From positions 5,229-69,228 of the forward strand of contig JAZQWM010000052.1 of the NCBI GenBank assembly GCA_045632345.1: a DNA stretch of 64,000 nt, in the 5' to 3' direction. The notes below the pieces were generated by a model, which saw only the letters and a program-made list of their open reading frames with translations, was not told where the DNA came from and ran no database searches. Position 1 is the stretch's first letter. Each line of letters opens with the position of its first letter. The stretch is from Eubacteriales bacterium (lineage in GTDB: Bacteria > Bacillota > Clostridia > Oscillospirales > CAG-272). This document shows positions 31,676 through 41,024 of this stretch, one piece after another. Position numbers and translations under genes: made by a program.

Positions 31676-32122
31676 ATGGAAAATCAAGACAAGATATTTA
31701 TGCTTGAAGCATTAAAGGAAGCTAATATTGCCTCCGCCGAGGATGAAGTCCCTGTAGGTGCGGTAATCGTGCGTAATGGCGAAATATTAGTAAAAGCCCA
31801 TAACACACGAGAAAAGGACAAAAACGCTCTCTATCACGCTGAAATAAAGGCGATAAACGAAGCCTGTAAAATTCTTGGCGGTTGGCGTCTTGTTGGTTGT
31901 ACTCTCTACGTTACCTTAGAGCCATGCCCAATGTGCGCAGGAGCAATTATCAACTCCCGCATAGAAAGAGTAGTCTACGGCGCTCCCGACCATAAGGCAG
32001 GAGCCTTCGGCACAATGATAAACCTAACCGACTACCCCCTTTTCAAGCCACAAATCACATCAGGCATCCTCTCCGATGAATGCTCAGGGATCCTTTCAAG
32101 CTTTTTTAAAAACAAACGATAA
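31676..32122 (+). CDS. tadA: tRNA adenosine(34) deaminase
   Basis: 148 aa with HAE and PCPMCAGA zinc motifs. Confidence 0.9.
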   Translation: MENQDKIFMLEALKEANIASAEDEVPVGAVIVRNGEILVKAHNTREKDKNALYHAEIKAINEACKILGGWRLVGCTLYVTLEPCPMCAGAIINSRIERVVYGAPDHKAGAFGTMINLTDYPLFKPQITSGILSDECSGILSSFFKNKR

Positions 32123-32126
32123 ACAA

Positions 32127-32155
32127 AAAGCGAATGTCAAACGACATTCGCTTTT
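32127..32155. terminator. bidirectional terminator
   Basis: AAAGCGAATGTC-AAAC-GACATTCGCTTT. Confidence 0.8.
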
Positions 32156-32160
32156 AAAAT

Positions 32161-33333
32161 TTATTTTTTCAAGCTCTTAACAAACGCCTCAATTTTTTCA
32201 AGCGCCAAAGTTAAATGTTTCATAGAATAAGCATAGGAAATTCTTGCATATCCTTCGCCACACTCACCAAATGCAGTACCTGGCACAATAGCGCAGTTAT
32301 GCTCATGTAAAAGCCTTTGCGCAAACTCCTCACTGCTTAGACCAAACTGACCAATATTAGGATATAGATAGAACGCGCCCTCTGCCTCAAAGCATTCAAT
32401 ACCGATTCTCTTAAAGCCCTCAAGTAAGAATACGCGTCTGCGATTATATTCCGCACGCATAATCTCCACATCCTCATCACCATTGCGTAAAGCCTCAACT
32501 GCCGCAAACTGTGATACGGTAGGAGCGCACATAATTGCAAATTGATGTATCTTTAGCATTTGCTCTGCAAGCGTTTGTGGAGCACAGATGTATCCCATTC
32601 TCCAGCCTGTCATAGCGTAAGCCTTAGAAAATCCGCTTGCAATAATAGTTCTTTCCTTCATTCCATCTATCTGAGCAATGGAAACGTGCTTTCTTCCGTA
32701 GGTAAGCTCCGCATAAATTTCATCAGATAAAATAGCAATATTAGTCCCTCTTAAAACCTCAGCAATTTCCTCTAATTCCTCGCGTGTCAAAATTGCACCC
32801 GTAGGATTATTAGGGAAGGGAAGAACTAAAAGCTTTGTTTTTGGTGAAATAGCATTTTTTACTTCTTGCGCGGTTAACTTAAATTTGTTTTCCGCCTTAG
32901 TATTAATTTTAATAACCTTAGCCCCAAGCATAGTAGCTATAGGCTCATAGCATACAAATGATGGACAAGGCAAAATAACCTCATCTCCAGGCTCAAGTAA
33001 AGCTCTCATAGCAATGTCAATAGCCTCACTACCGCCAACGGTAATAATAACCTCATTCTTAGGATTGTAGTCAAGCTCAAAGCGACGCTTCATATATCTT
33101 GAAACCTCACTTCTTAGGTCCACTGTACCTGCATTAGATGTGTAATATGTCTTTCCCTTCTCAAGACTTTCAATAGCAGCCTCTCTTATATGCCAAGGTG
33201 TAATAAAGTCAGGCTCTCCAATAGTAAGTGAAATAACATCCTTCATATCAGCAAGCATATCGAAAAATCTTCGTATGCCTGATGGCTTTAAATCACAAAC
33301 AGTTTTCGAGAGCATTTTCTCGTAATTAATCAT
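32161..33333 (-). CDS. class I/II PLP-dependent aminotransferase (aspartate aminotransferase-like)
   Basis: 390 aa with SFSKAYAMTGWRMGY PLP-lysine motif. Confidence 0.85.
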   Translation of the reverse strand: MINYEKMLSKTVCDLKPSGIRRFFDMLADMKDVISLTIGEPDFITPWHIREAAIESLEKGKTYYTSNAGTVDLRSEVSRYMKRRFELDYNPKNEVIITVGGSEAIDIAMRALLEPGDEVILPCPSFVCYEPIATMLGAKVIKINTKAENKFKLTAQEVKNAISPKTKLLVLPFPNNPTGAILTREELEEIAEVLRGTNIAILSDEIYAELTYGRKHVSIAQIDGMKERTIIASGFSKAYAMTGWRMGYICAPQTLAEQMLKIHQFAIMCAPTVSQFAAVEALRNGDEDVEIMRAEYNRRRVFLLEGFKRIGIECFEAEGAFYLYPNIGQFGLSSEEFAQRLLHEHNCAIVPGTAFGECGEGYARISYAYSMKHLTLALEKIEAFVKSLKK

Positions 33334-33803
33334 ATGTTGCCTCTTTCGTCAATGTGCGCAGGACCATAAATAACGCCCTTGTCCTTGTATTTTCTTAAAA
33401 CAAAGTGAGTAGCAGTAGCTGTAACATACTCAATAGTAGCAAGCTTCTGCGCCACGAAATAGGCGACCTCCTTCATAGTTTTACCCTCAATAATAAGCGC
33501 GAGGTCAAATCCACCTGACATTAAGTAAAGAGATTGCACCTCAGGATAGTTGTAAATCTTTTCTGCAATTTTGTCAAAGCCACGGTCTCTTTGTGGCATA
33601 ACCTTAACCTCAATTAAAGCGCTAACGTACTCTCTGTCAGTCTTGTCCCAGTCAACAATAGTCTTATATCCAAGGATAACTCCATCCTTTTCGTACTTTT
33701 CAATTATATTCTTAATTTCGCCAACCTCTTTATCAAGCATAACAGCAAGCTGCTCAGCAGTTAAGGTTGCATCATCTTCAATTAACTTTAAAATCTTATC
33801 CAT
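33330..33803 (-). CDS. Lrp/AsnC family transcriptional regulator
   Basis: 157 aa with N-terminal HTH and C-terminal RAM-like domain. 4-nt overlap with the aminotransferase. Confidence 0.85.
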   Translation of the reverse strand: MDKILKLIEDDATLTAEQLAVMLDKEVGEIKNIIEKYEKDGVILGYKTIVDWDKTDREYVSALIEVKVMPQRDRGFDKIAEKIYNYPEVQSLYLMSGGFDLALIIEGKTMKEVAYFVAQKLATIEYVTATATHFVLRKYKDKGVIYGPAHIDERGNI

Positions 33804-33890
33804 AATAAGCTCCTTAAAATAAAAGTTATTTTTAATATATCATAAAAAAATATGTATGTCAATTATTTTACCTAACTAAATTATATAATC

Positions 33891-33919
33891 TTGCAAAATC
33901 TACTAATATTTGCTATAAT
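33891..33919 (+). promoter_or_regulatory. sigma-A type promoter
   Basis: TTGCAA, 17 nt, TATAAT with TG extended -10. Confidence 0.6.
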
Positions 33920-33952
33920 AGAAGCAGAAAACAACCGAAAAGGAGAATATAT

Positions 33953-35533
33953 ATGCTAACACAAAAAAATCCTGTATTAACAGGCTTCCATCCCGACCCT
34001 TGTATTTTAAGAGTAAATGATGACTATTTCTTGGCTACGTCCACGTTCCAATGGTTTCCAGGCGTTCAGCTTTATCATTCAAAGGATTTAGTAAACTGGC
34101 AGGAAATCAAATCCCCATTAAACCGCCTATCTCAGCTTGATATGCACGGCAATCCAAACTCAGGCGGAATTTGGGCGCCTTGCCTTTCATACGATAAAGG
34201 CACCTATTACCTTATCTATACCAACGTTAAAAACTTCCACGGTATTTTCAAGGATACGCACAACTACTTAGTAACCACAACCGATATTTTCTCAGGAAAT
34301 TGGAGCGAGCCAATTTACCTAAATTCAAGCGGATTTGACCCATCACTTTTCCATGATGACGACGGAAAAAAATACCTTGTAAATATGCGTTGGGATCACC
34401 GTATGGAATTCCACGATTTTGAAGGCATCTTAATTCAAGAATACTCCGAAAAGGAACAAAAATTAGTAGGCGAGGTAAAAAACATATTTAAGGGCACGTC
34501 AGTAGGCGCAACCGAAGCACCTCACTTATATAAGCTAAACGGCTATTACTACCTAATGGTAGCCGAGGGTGGCACAATGTACAACCACGGAATTAGAATG
34601 GCGCGCTCAAAGAACGTTATGGGACCTTATGAATACGACCCTAAGCCACTTTTAACTACACGTAATAATCCCGAACAGCCTATGCAAAGAACAGGCCACG
34701 GCTCCTTAGTTATTACACAAAACGGTCAAATGTTCGTAGCATACCTCTGCGGCAGACCAATTACCGAAAAATCAAGATGCACCTTAGGCAGAGAAACCTG
34801 TATATGTGAGGTAGTATGGGATGAGAACGGATGGCTTCGCTTAAAGGACGGCGGAGAAGTGCCACCAAAGGAATACTCAGTTGATCTACCGGAGTACAAA
34901 TTTGATACGCTCCCCGCAAAGGATACCTTTAATATTAAAGAGCTTCCACCACATCTTAATACGTTAAGAATTCCATTAGACGAAATCGGCTCACTAACCG
35001 CAAGAGAGGGCTTCCTTCGCCTTTACGGTAATGAATCAATTACGTCATGGAATAGACAGTCAATGGTAGCAAGACGCTTACAGCACCACAACGCCGAAGC
35101 AACCGTAAAAATGGAATTCCACCCACAAACGTTCCAACAAATGGCAGGACTTGCAGTCTTTTACGATACGTACAATTTCTATTATCTCTATATGTCAACT
35201 AACGAAATGGGACATAACGTTTTAAGAATGTGCGTACGCGACGGACTTAAATTTTCAAATCCAATAAACGGAGCAATCAATATAGGCGACCATAGTGAAA
35301 TTTATCTAAGAGCAAGCATTAAAAACTTAAAGTTAAATTTCTACTATTCATTTGATAACGTAAGCTACCACTCCGCAGGCGGCGACCTTAATATCGCCAG
35401 CCTTTCCGATGAAGCATATGGCGAAATCGGACACGAGGGACATACTGGCACGTTCATCGCTATGGCTTGCCAAGACCTAACAGGCAACCATAATTACGCC
35501 GACTTTGAATATATTGAATACAAAGCAAAATAA
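33953..35533 (+). CDS. glycoside hydrolase family 43 (beta-xylosidase/arabinofuranosidase-like)
   Basis: 526 aa with N-terminal NPVLTGFHPDPCILRV and a five-bladed propeller pattern plus a C-terminal beta-sandwich. Confidence 0.85.
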   Translation: MLTQKNPVLTGFHPDPCILRVNDDYFLATSTFQWFPGVQLYHSKDLVNWQEIKSPLNRLSQLDMHGNPNSGGIWAPCLSYDKGTYYLIYTNVKNFHGIFKDTHNYLVTTTDIFSGNWSEPIYLNSSGFDPSLFHDDDGKKYLVNMRWDHRMEFHDFEGILIQEYSEKEQKLVGEVKNIFKGTSVGATEAPHLYKLNGYYYLMVAEGGTMYNHGIRMARSKNVMGPYEYDPKPLLTTRNNPEQPMQRTGHGSLVITQNGQMFVAYLCGRPITEKSRCTLGRETCICEVVWDENGWLRLKDGGEVPPKEYSVDLPEYKFDTLPAKDTFNIKELPPHLNTLRIPLDEIGSLTAREGFLRLYGNESITSWNRQSMVARRLQHHNAEATVKMEFHPQTFQQMAGLAVFYDTYNFYYLYMSTNEMGHNVLRMCVRDGLKFSNPINGAINIGDHSEIYLRASIKNLKLNFYYSFDNVSYHSAGGDLNIASLSDEAYGEIGHEGHTGTFIAMACQDLTGNHNYADFEYIEYKAK

Positions 35534-35534
35534 A

Positions 35535-35567
35535 AAATGCTACTGCGAAAATCGCAGTAGCATTTTT
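35535..35567. terminator. bidirectional terminator
   Basis: TGCTACTGCGA-AAA-TCGCAGTAGCA followed by TTTTT. Confidence 0.8.
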
Positions 35568-35574
35568 ATGTTAA

Positions 35575-35982
35575 TTACTCAATACCCTTGATATTTTTAA
35601 TTATCGCAAATGGATATACAAAAATTGATACCACAAGACCTAATGCAATTGCTAAAATTCCGCAAATAGCAGCGAGAATAAAGCCTAAAATCCAGAATAA
35701 AAGCTTAACAGTTAAGAACCAAATAATACCGTCAAGGTCAAGCTCAAAAATCAAGCCCGGCATTTTAACGAATCCCCAGCTAAATATCTCAAGAACCATA
35801 TCGCCAATAAAGTTGTTGTCTAAAATTAAGCATGAAATGAGAGTATATGCTAAAACACCAAATACAATCCATGCAAGCAAGTTAGTGGAGTTGTTTGATT
35901 TAGTAAAGTTTACAATTCCAATAACAATCGCGATAACAGCAGCTAAGCCGCCCCAAACAAAAGAATGAATTCTTCTTACCAT
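35575..35982 (-). CDS. hypothetical membrane protein
   Basis: 135 aa with four hydrophobic helices. Lies 12 nt downstream of the lipoprotein gene. Confidence 0.55.
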   Translation of the reverse strand: MVRRIHSFVWGGLAAVIAIVIGIVNFTKSNNSTNLLAWIVFGVLAYTLISCLILDNNFIGDMVLEIFSWGFVKMPGLIFELDLDGIIWFLTVKLLFWILGFILAAICGILAIALGLVVSIFVYPFAIIKNIKGIE

Positions 35983-35994
35983 TGTTGTTTCTCC

Positions 35995-37872
35995 TTAAAA
36001 TGTAATTTTGTCGCCTATATAAGCTATAATTGTTTCCTCAGTAACCTTGTCCTTATTTTCAATGAAAACAGGAATTAGCTTATCGTAATCATCAAGAATT
36101 TGCTCAATGTCATTTTCATCAACTTTAACACTGATTGTTATCTTGTTAGCTGATTTTACGTCGCTTTCAAAGTCATCATATACTTCCTCTTGAACAAAAA
36201 TCATAGGAACACTAATCTTATGCTCAATGTATTTTTCTTCTGTGGCATCATATGAGTAAACGTACTGTGTTCTAAACTCAATATCAAAGCGTCTTGAAGC
36301 AGCTTTTGTTAAAAAAGATACACCCATGTTCTTTGTTTCCCAAGCAGATGAAGAACCGTTTATATAAACCTCAGCAGCGTTTTTACCCTCAGCCTCTTTG
36401 TATTTAATAGAGTTGATTCCACTAATATCATTTAAATTGAACCATAATGTGTTGAATGTAATAGCAGAAAGTGTTTCTTGAACCTCATAGCCTAAAAGCT
36501 TACCTGTATTTACGTCGTAAAGCTCATTGATATATCCTGTAAAGCCAATCATACCGCTTGCTTTATTACCTACAACAGACATGTAATCCTCTGTAATGTA
36601 AAATTCAGCACAGCTTGATAATCCAACACCCTCATATGTTAAAAATTCATAAATAGAGCCGCTTACACTTCCGTCGTTATCTCTTTCAATAGAGAACATT
36701 GCGCGTCTTATACCTAAATACTTAATAGCAAACTCATAAGAATTTTCAGTAATCTTGTAGCTAAGAGCATTAGCGTCGCCTAACTGAATTCTTACGTTTC
36801 TTTCGCTTGTTTCAATATCCATAGCTAAAGCAATTTGAACTGTTTGCTCTCCTAAAACAGGAAGAGTAGTAGTATAGTCAACAATATAAGAAATAATTTC
36901 GCCGTCAAAGTCGATTGTAATATTGTAAATTCCACTTTCAAATGTATGATGCGCAGTATCTGCTGGATTACTGTCAAAGTAATTGTTAAATGCAGAAATT
37001 GAAGCTGCGGAAACACCCTCAATAACAGTTAAAACGTTAAAGAATATCTTTGATTGCTCAAGATTATCAAGCACCATGTGATATTGCTCTCCGTAGCCGT
37101 ACGTAACGTCGGAAACATTTATAAACCCGTTTGTATAGTCGCTTACGATGTCATCGCTATCTACTAAATTTGCGCTGTAATCAACAAGCATAGTTTCTGG
37201 GAAAAAGCTATATGGATTTAAGTTATATCCGTTAAGTAGTGCAGCAAGAAACGCTTTTGCATCAACAATAGTATTCCAAATAGCAAAATATTCTGTATTT
37301 TTTGTAATAGCTTTGTTAAAATCCACGCTATTGTTGCCGTTAACGTCTGTGCACCAACCCATAAACTTGTGCCCCTCATATGTAGGCTCCTCTGGTAATA
37401 CTGCCAAAGCTCCGTATTCCACAACCTGTGATTCAACTGCGCTACCGCCGTTTGAGTTAAACGTAACGGTATATTTTTGCTTTACCTTAGTAACAACAGC
37501 ATAATAAGTTGTGTCATCAGAAAATGCAGGAATAGAGCTTAATACCTCACCATTGTTAGATGCGCTCCAACCCTCAACTGTGTAATCCCATTCAGCAGTA
37601 TCAGCCTTTGTGTATGTGTATGATGGATATTCTCCCTCAAGCACAGTATCAACCTTTAACTGATTTCCGTTTCCATCAACCCAAGTAACTGTGTACGTAA
37701 CAGGTTTAGGAACAGTATCTGTATCTGTATCACTGCTCACACTTGTGTCAGTGTCGCTGCTTGTATCTGTGTTTACGTTTGAGTTAGTGTCTGTGTCAGT
37801 AGAACTACCGCCACAAGCTACACAAAATGCAAGTACAGCAAGCATAAAAACTAATAAAAGTAATTTTTTCAT
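35995..37872 (-). CDS. lipoprotein with Listeria-Bacteroides (InlB B-repeat-like) repeats
   Basis: Lipobox LAFCVACGG and a D/T/S-rich linker. Repeats such as YTVTFNSNGGSAV...GHKFMGW. Confidence 0.7.
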   Translation of the reverse strand: MKKLLLLVFMLAVLAFCVACGGSSTDTDTNSNVNTDTSSDTDTSVSSDTDTDTVPKPVTYTVTWVDGNGNQLKVDTVLEGEYPSYTYTKADTAEWDYTVEGWSASNNGEVLSSIPAFSDDTTYYAVVTKVKQKYTVTFNSNGGSAVESQVVEYGALAVLPEEPTYEGHKFMGWCTDVNGNNSVDFNKAITKNTEYFAIWNTIVDAKAFLAALLNGYNLNPYSFFPETMLVDYSANLVDSDDIVSDYTNGFINVSDVTYGYGEQYHMVLDNLEQSKIFFNVLTVIEGVSAASISAFNNYFDSNPADTAHHTFESGIYNITIDFDGEIISYIVDYTTTLPVLGEQTVQIALAMDIETSERNVRIQLGDANALSYKITENSYEFAIKYLGIRRAMFSIERDNDGSVSGSIYEFLTYEGVGLSSCAEFYITEDYMSVVGNKASGMIGFTGYINELYDVNTGKLLGYEVQETLSAITFNTLWFNLNDISGINSIKYKEAEGKNAAEVYINGSSSAWETKNMGVSFLTKAASRRFDIEFRTQYVYSYDATEEKYIEHKISVPMIFVQEEVYDDFESDVKSANKITISVKVDENDIEQILDDYDKLIPVFIENKDKVTEETIIAYIGDKITF

Positions 37873-38013
37873 ATCATTCTCCTTAAAATTGATATTTTTA
37901 TTTTAGTACAAATATTTACTAAAGTCAATATATATAGTAAAAATATTTACTAAAAAATAATAGTAAACTTATTTACTTGATATAATGTCAAAAAACATGG
38001 TCGAGGTTTAAAT

Positions 38014-38217
38014 ATGAAATATATTAGACGTATTCGTGACCTTCGTGAGGATAATGACAAAACACAAAAAGAAATAGCCGAGCTTTTGGGTACATCACAA
38101 ACAATGTATGCAAGATACGAAAGAGGAGCAAATGATCTTCCTATACGACATTTAATTAAGCTTTGTGAGATTTATAATGTTTCTGCAGATTACATATTAG
38201 GATTAGCTGATAAATAA
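38014..38217 (+). CDS. XRE family HTH regulator
   Basis: 67 aa with HTH_3 pattern (KTQKEIAELLGTSQTMYARYERG). Confidence 0.8.
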   Translation: MKYIRRIRDLREDNDKTQKEIAELLGTSQTMYARYERGANDLPIRHLIKLCEIYNVSADYILGLADK

Positions 38218-38285
38218 ACAAATTTTCCTTTAAAGCATATTATGTATTAGAGGCTTGCCTCTAATCTAAGTATAAAGGAAATATT

Positions 38286-38498
38286 ATGTGTAACAATACA
38301 AACGAAAATAGAAACGTAATCTTTGACTGTCAATGCCCATACAGAGATACCTGTCAACGTTACGGTTATAGAGAAAACTATAACCAAACTCAAAGACAAA
38401 CACAAAGAAGCTGCGAAAACAGAGAAAGCAGAGAATACAGAGGAAGATCATGCACTTCATGTAGCCTTTGTAACATCTTTCGACGTAACTGCAACTAA
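38286..38498 (+). CDS. small Cys/Arg/Gln-rich hypothetical protein
   Basis: 70 aa with 9 Cys. AAGGAA RBS 5 nt upstream and a terminator directly downstream. The overlapping alternative-frame ORF 38323..38508 lacks an RBS. Confidence 0.4.
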   Translation: MCNNTNENRNVIFDCQCPYRDTCQRYGYRENYNQTQRQTQRSCENRESREYRGRSCTSCSLCNIFRRNCN

Positions 38499-38512
38499 AA
38501 TAATCTAAAATG

Positions 38513-38543
38513 TACTGACAAGCACACGCTTGTCAGTATTTTT
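38513..38543 (+). terminator. rho-independent terminator
   Basis: ACTGACAAGC-ACAC-GCTTGTCAGT followed by a T-run. Confidence 0.75.
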
Positions 38544-38547
38544 TATA

Positions 38548-38576
38548 TTGCTATTTCAATCTTAATGTGCTAAAAT
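38548..38576 (+). promoter_or_regulatory. sigma-A type promoter
   Basis: TTGCTA, 17 nt, TAAAAT with TG extended -10. Confidence 0.55.
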
Positions 38577-38603
38577 ACACGTATCAACCTTAAAGGAGAA
38601 ACT

Positions 38604-39623
38604 ATGAGCAAATTTTCGCCGTTAGAATTAAGAAAAAGATTGTATGAGAATATAACACCGCAGCTTCGTTGGAATGGCGTAGATAACCTAATAAGTCATA
38701 AAGAAAAATGCAGAGAAAAGCTTAAAGAGCTTTTAGGATGGGACACTTTCAAGGAGTGCGACCATGATTTGCAAATCTTAAAAGAGGACACGGTAAACGG
38801 ATATAAGCATATCCATTTTATAGTCCAAACTGAAGAAGGCTACTATGCAAATTGCCACCTTCTTTTACCAAATAATATAGAAGGTAAAAAGCCTCTTTGT
38901 GTAGGTCTTCAAGGACACGTAAGCGGAGCGCACCTAAGCTTAGGACAGTATAAGTATAGCTATGATGAGGTGTATTTAGCTGAACAGCATTCCGATTTTT
39001 GTATCCAAGCCGTTAATAACGGATATATAGGTCTTGCTATCGAGCAAAGAGCCTTTGGTGATAACACGGGCGAAGAAGAACCGGGCGGATGCCATTGCCA
39101 CTATAACGCCGCCCAAGCACTGCTTTTAGGCAGAACACTTATCGGCGAGCGTGTATGGGATATTATGCAAGTAACAAAAGCCGTAAAAGAAAAATTTAGC
39201 CACATAATCACAATGAAAAACTCTGTTATAATAGGCGAGTCCGGCGGTGGCACAGCTACATATTATTCCGCATGCCTTATTGACGATTTTGATATCTATG
39301 TACCGGGAGTTGCAATATGCTCATTTAAGGACTCAATAATTGACATTGAGCATTGTCCTTGCAACTATATTCCAAATATAGCAAAATACTTTGATATGGG
39401 CGATATGGCATCAATGATAGCGCCTAAAAAACTAATAGTTGAAAGCGCAATAAATGATAGATGGTTCCCGATAGATGGCGCTAAAAAGGCATACCGTGAA
39501 ATAGAAAGAATTTATAAAGCCCAAAATGCAGAAAACAACTGCACAATGGTAATAGGTGAGGGAGAGCACCGCACCTATCCCGAATTAGTATGGGAACAAA
39601 TCCACAAAATGAAAAATAATTAA
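38604..39623 (+). CDS. alpha/beta hydrolase (acetyl esterase / dienelactone hydrolase-like)
   Basis: 339 aa with GESGGG nucleophile elbow. Confidence 0.65.
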   Translation: MSKFSPLELRKRLYENITPQLRWNGVDNLISHKEKCREKLKELLGWDTFKECDHDLQILKEDTVNGYKHIHFIVQTEEGYYANCHLLLPNNIEGKKPLCVGLQGHVSGAHLSLGQYKYSYDEVYLAEQHSDFCIQAVNNGYIGLAIEQRAFGDNTGEEEPGGCHCHYNAAQALLLGRTLIGERVWDIMQVTKAVKEKFSHIITMKNSVIIGESGGGTATYYSACLIDDFDIYVPGVAICSFKDSIIDIEHCPCNYIPNIAKYFDMGDMASMIAPKKLIVESAINDRWFPIDGAKKAYREIERIYKAQNAENNCTMVIGEGEHRTYPELVWEQIHKMKNN

Positions 39624-39634
39624 AGAGGTATATT

Positions 39635-40549
39635 ATGAAGGATGAGTTAAAGGAATTAAGAATAGTAGATAACTTCTACCAAACGTCAGCGTTTTACCCA
39701 ATGCCAACAATTTTAGTAGGTACAGTAAGTGAAAACGGACAAACTAACTTAGGCGCATATTCACTCTGCTTCCCATACTATGTAGCAGGCAAGGACTATT
39801 ACGCTATGATTTTAGAATGTAGAAATAGCTCCAACACCGCCCAAAATATACTCCGCACAAAGAAATGCACACTTAACTTTATTACAGACGATAAAAAATA
39901 CTTTAAGGAAGCAGTAAGACTTGGCTTCCCAGGTGAAACCACCGAGGAAAAAATGAAAAATTGCATTTTCACCTTAAAGGATAGCACCTTAGGTAGCGAC
40001 AGACCTCAAATCGTAGAGGAAAGCTATCAAGTATTTGAATGTACATGGGATGATAGCCTTGAAAACGCCTTTGAGGACAAAGCGGGCGAGCTTGAAGGCT
40101 ATGAGCCACCATATAGAAGCTTCAACGGAATTACAAGTAAATTCGGCGCTCACTTCATTTTAAAGATTGACAAAATCTTAATGAAGGAAAAGTATCATAA
40201 CGCAATAGTAAATGGTGTCAAGAATAATAACTTCCCAAGCGTGCCTGTTGACTACGGCTACCGCGATAGCACAAATTTCTGGTATACAAAATTCAAAAAG
40301 CCAATTAGTGAAAAAATCCCTGAGAAGAATAACGGCGACGTAAAGTCCGTAATCTATGCCGCCGAAAGAATAGACCCCGATGTGAAATTCACAAATGAAG
40401 CATGCGCTAAGCTAACAAAAATCCCAAGAGTATTCCTAAAAGCGGCACTTACCCAAATGGTAAATATCGCAAAGGAAGAGGGAATCTCTCTAATTGATGA
40501 AAAAGCATTAGAAATCATTAACGATAAGCGCAGAAAAGAGAAGAAATAA
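39635..40549 (+). CDS. flavin reductase-like split-barrel protein with PCP_red-like C-terminal domain
   Basis: N-terminus FYPMPTILVGTVSENGQTNLGAYS. C-terminus KLTKIPRVFLKAALTQMVNIAKEEG. Family assignment is from memory. Confidence 0.5.
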   Translation: MKDELKELRIVDNFYQTSAFYPMPTILVGTVSENGQTNLGAYSLCFPYYVAGKDYYAMILECRNSSNTAQNILRTKKCTLNFITDDKKYFKEAVRLGFPGETTEEKMKNCIFTLKDSTLGSDRPQIVEESYQVFECTWDDSLENAFEDKAGELEGYEPPYRSFNGITSKFGAHFILKIDKILMKEKYHNAIVNGVKNNNFPSVPVDYGYRDSTNFWYTKFKKPISEKIPEKNNGDVKSVIYAAERIDPDVKFTNEACAKLTKIPRVFLKAALTQMVNIAKEEGISLIDEKALEIINDKRRKEKK

Positions 40550-40577
40550 TCTCTCTCAAAAAAACAAAGCAAAAAGC

Positions 40578-40598
40578 CTTCCCCTTCGTGGGGAAGGT
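40578..40598 (-). terminator. orphan terminator-like hairpin whose U-tract lies on the minus strand
   Basis: CCTTCCCC-TTCGT-GGGGAAGG. The T-rich tract exists only on the minus strand (reverse complement of 40559-40577). Confidence 0.4.
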
Positions 40599-40712
40599 GT
40601 CAGCTATGCTGACGGATGAGGTGGAAAGAGAGCAAAAACGCTAAATAACCTTAACATATTCTGCTTTTTAAAAATACTGCATAAAAATAATTTAAAAATC
40701 TCAAAATAATAC

Positions 40713-40741
40713 TTGACAAACAGTATAAAGTGTGCTAAAAT
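40713..40741 (+). promoter_or_regulatory. sigma-A type promoter of tRNA-Gln
   Basis: TTGACA, 17 nt, TAAAAT with TG extended -10. Ends 28 nt before the tRNA. Confidence 0.6.
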
Positions 40742-40769
40742 ACATAGGCAAAAAACAAAACCGACATAT

Positions 40770-40845
40770 TGGGATGTAGCCAAGCGGTAAGGCACCAGAC
40801 TTTGACTCTGGCATTTCGATGGTTCGAACCCATCCATCCCAGCCA
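40770..40845 (+). tRNA. tRNA-Gln (anticodon UUG), CCA encoded
   Basis: Cloverleaf read by eye. Acceptor TGGGATG/CATCCCA; anticodon arm CCAGA-CTTTGAC-TCTGG; T arm GATGG-TTCGAAC-CCATC; discriminator G + CCA. Confidence 0.9.
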
Positions 40846-40930
40846 AGTTGAACCTAATTTGAACCACTCGGTTTAAGTTAGGTTTTTCTCTTTATATTGG
40901 CTAAATGCTTTTGTTATATAACGGATTTTA

Positions 40931-40957
40931 GACAGGGTTTTTGCCCTGTTTTTTTCT
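40931..40957 (+). terminator. rho-independent terminator downstream of tRNA-Gln
   Basis: ACAGGG-TTTTTG-CCCTGT followed by TTTTTTT. Confidence 0.75.
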
Positions 40958-41024
40958 TTGCTTAAGTCTTTGCTTTAATGTGATAAAAGTCCTTTGAAAG
41001 TTGCTTTTATGCCGTGAAAGACGA

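Noticed and set aside
38323-38508. Alternative-frame 61-aa K/E-rich ORF overlapping the Cys-rich ORF.
   Set aside because: It has no Shine-Dalgarno sequence, whereas the 38286 frame has AAGGAA at ideal spacing. It is kept only as an alternative to test.
38517-38529. The 13-mer GACAAGCACACGC shared between the 38.5-kb terminator and the 43.8-kb repeat, considered as evidence for a dispersed mobile repeat.
   Set aside because: There are only two loci. In one of them the sequence is simply a self-complementary terminator stem. This is too little to call a repeat family without a genome-wide search.
40604-40867. 87-aa minus-strand ORF.
   Set aside because: It runs antisense through the tRNA-Gln gene and its promoter. 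It has no RBS and an implausible composition.
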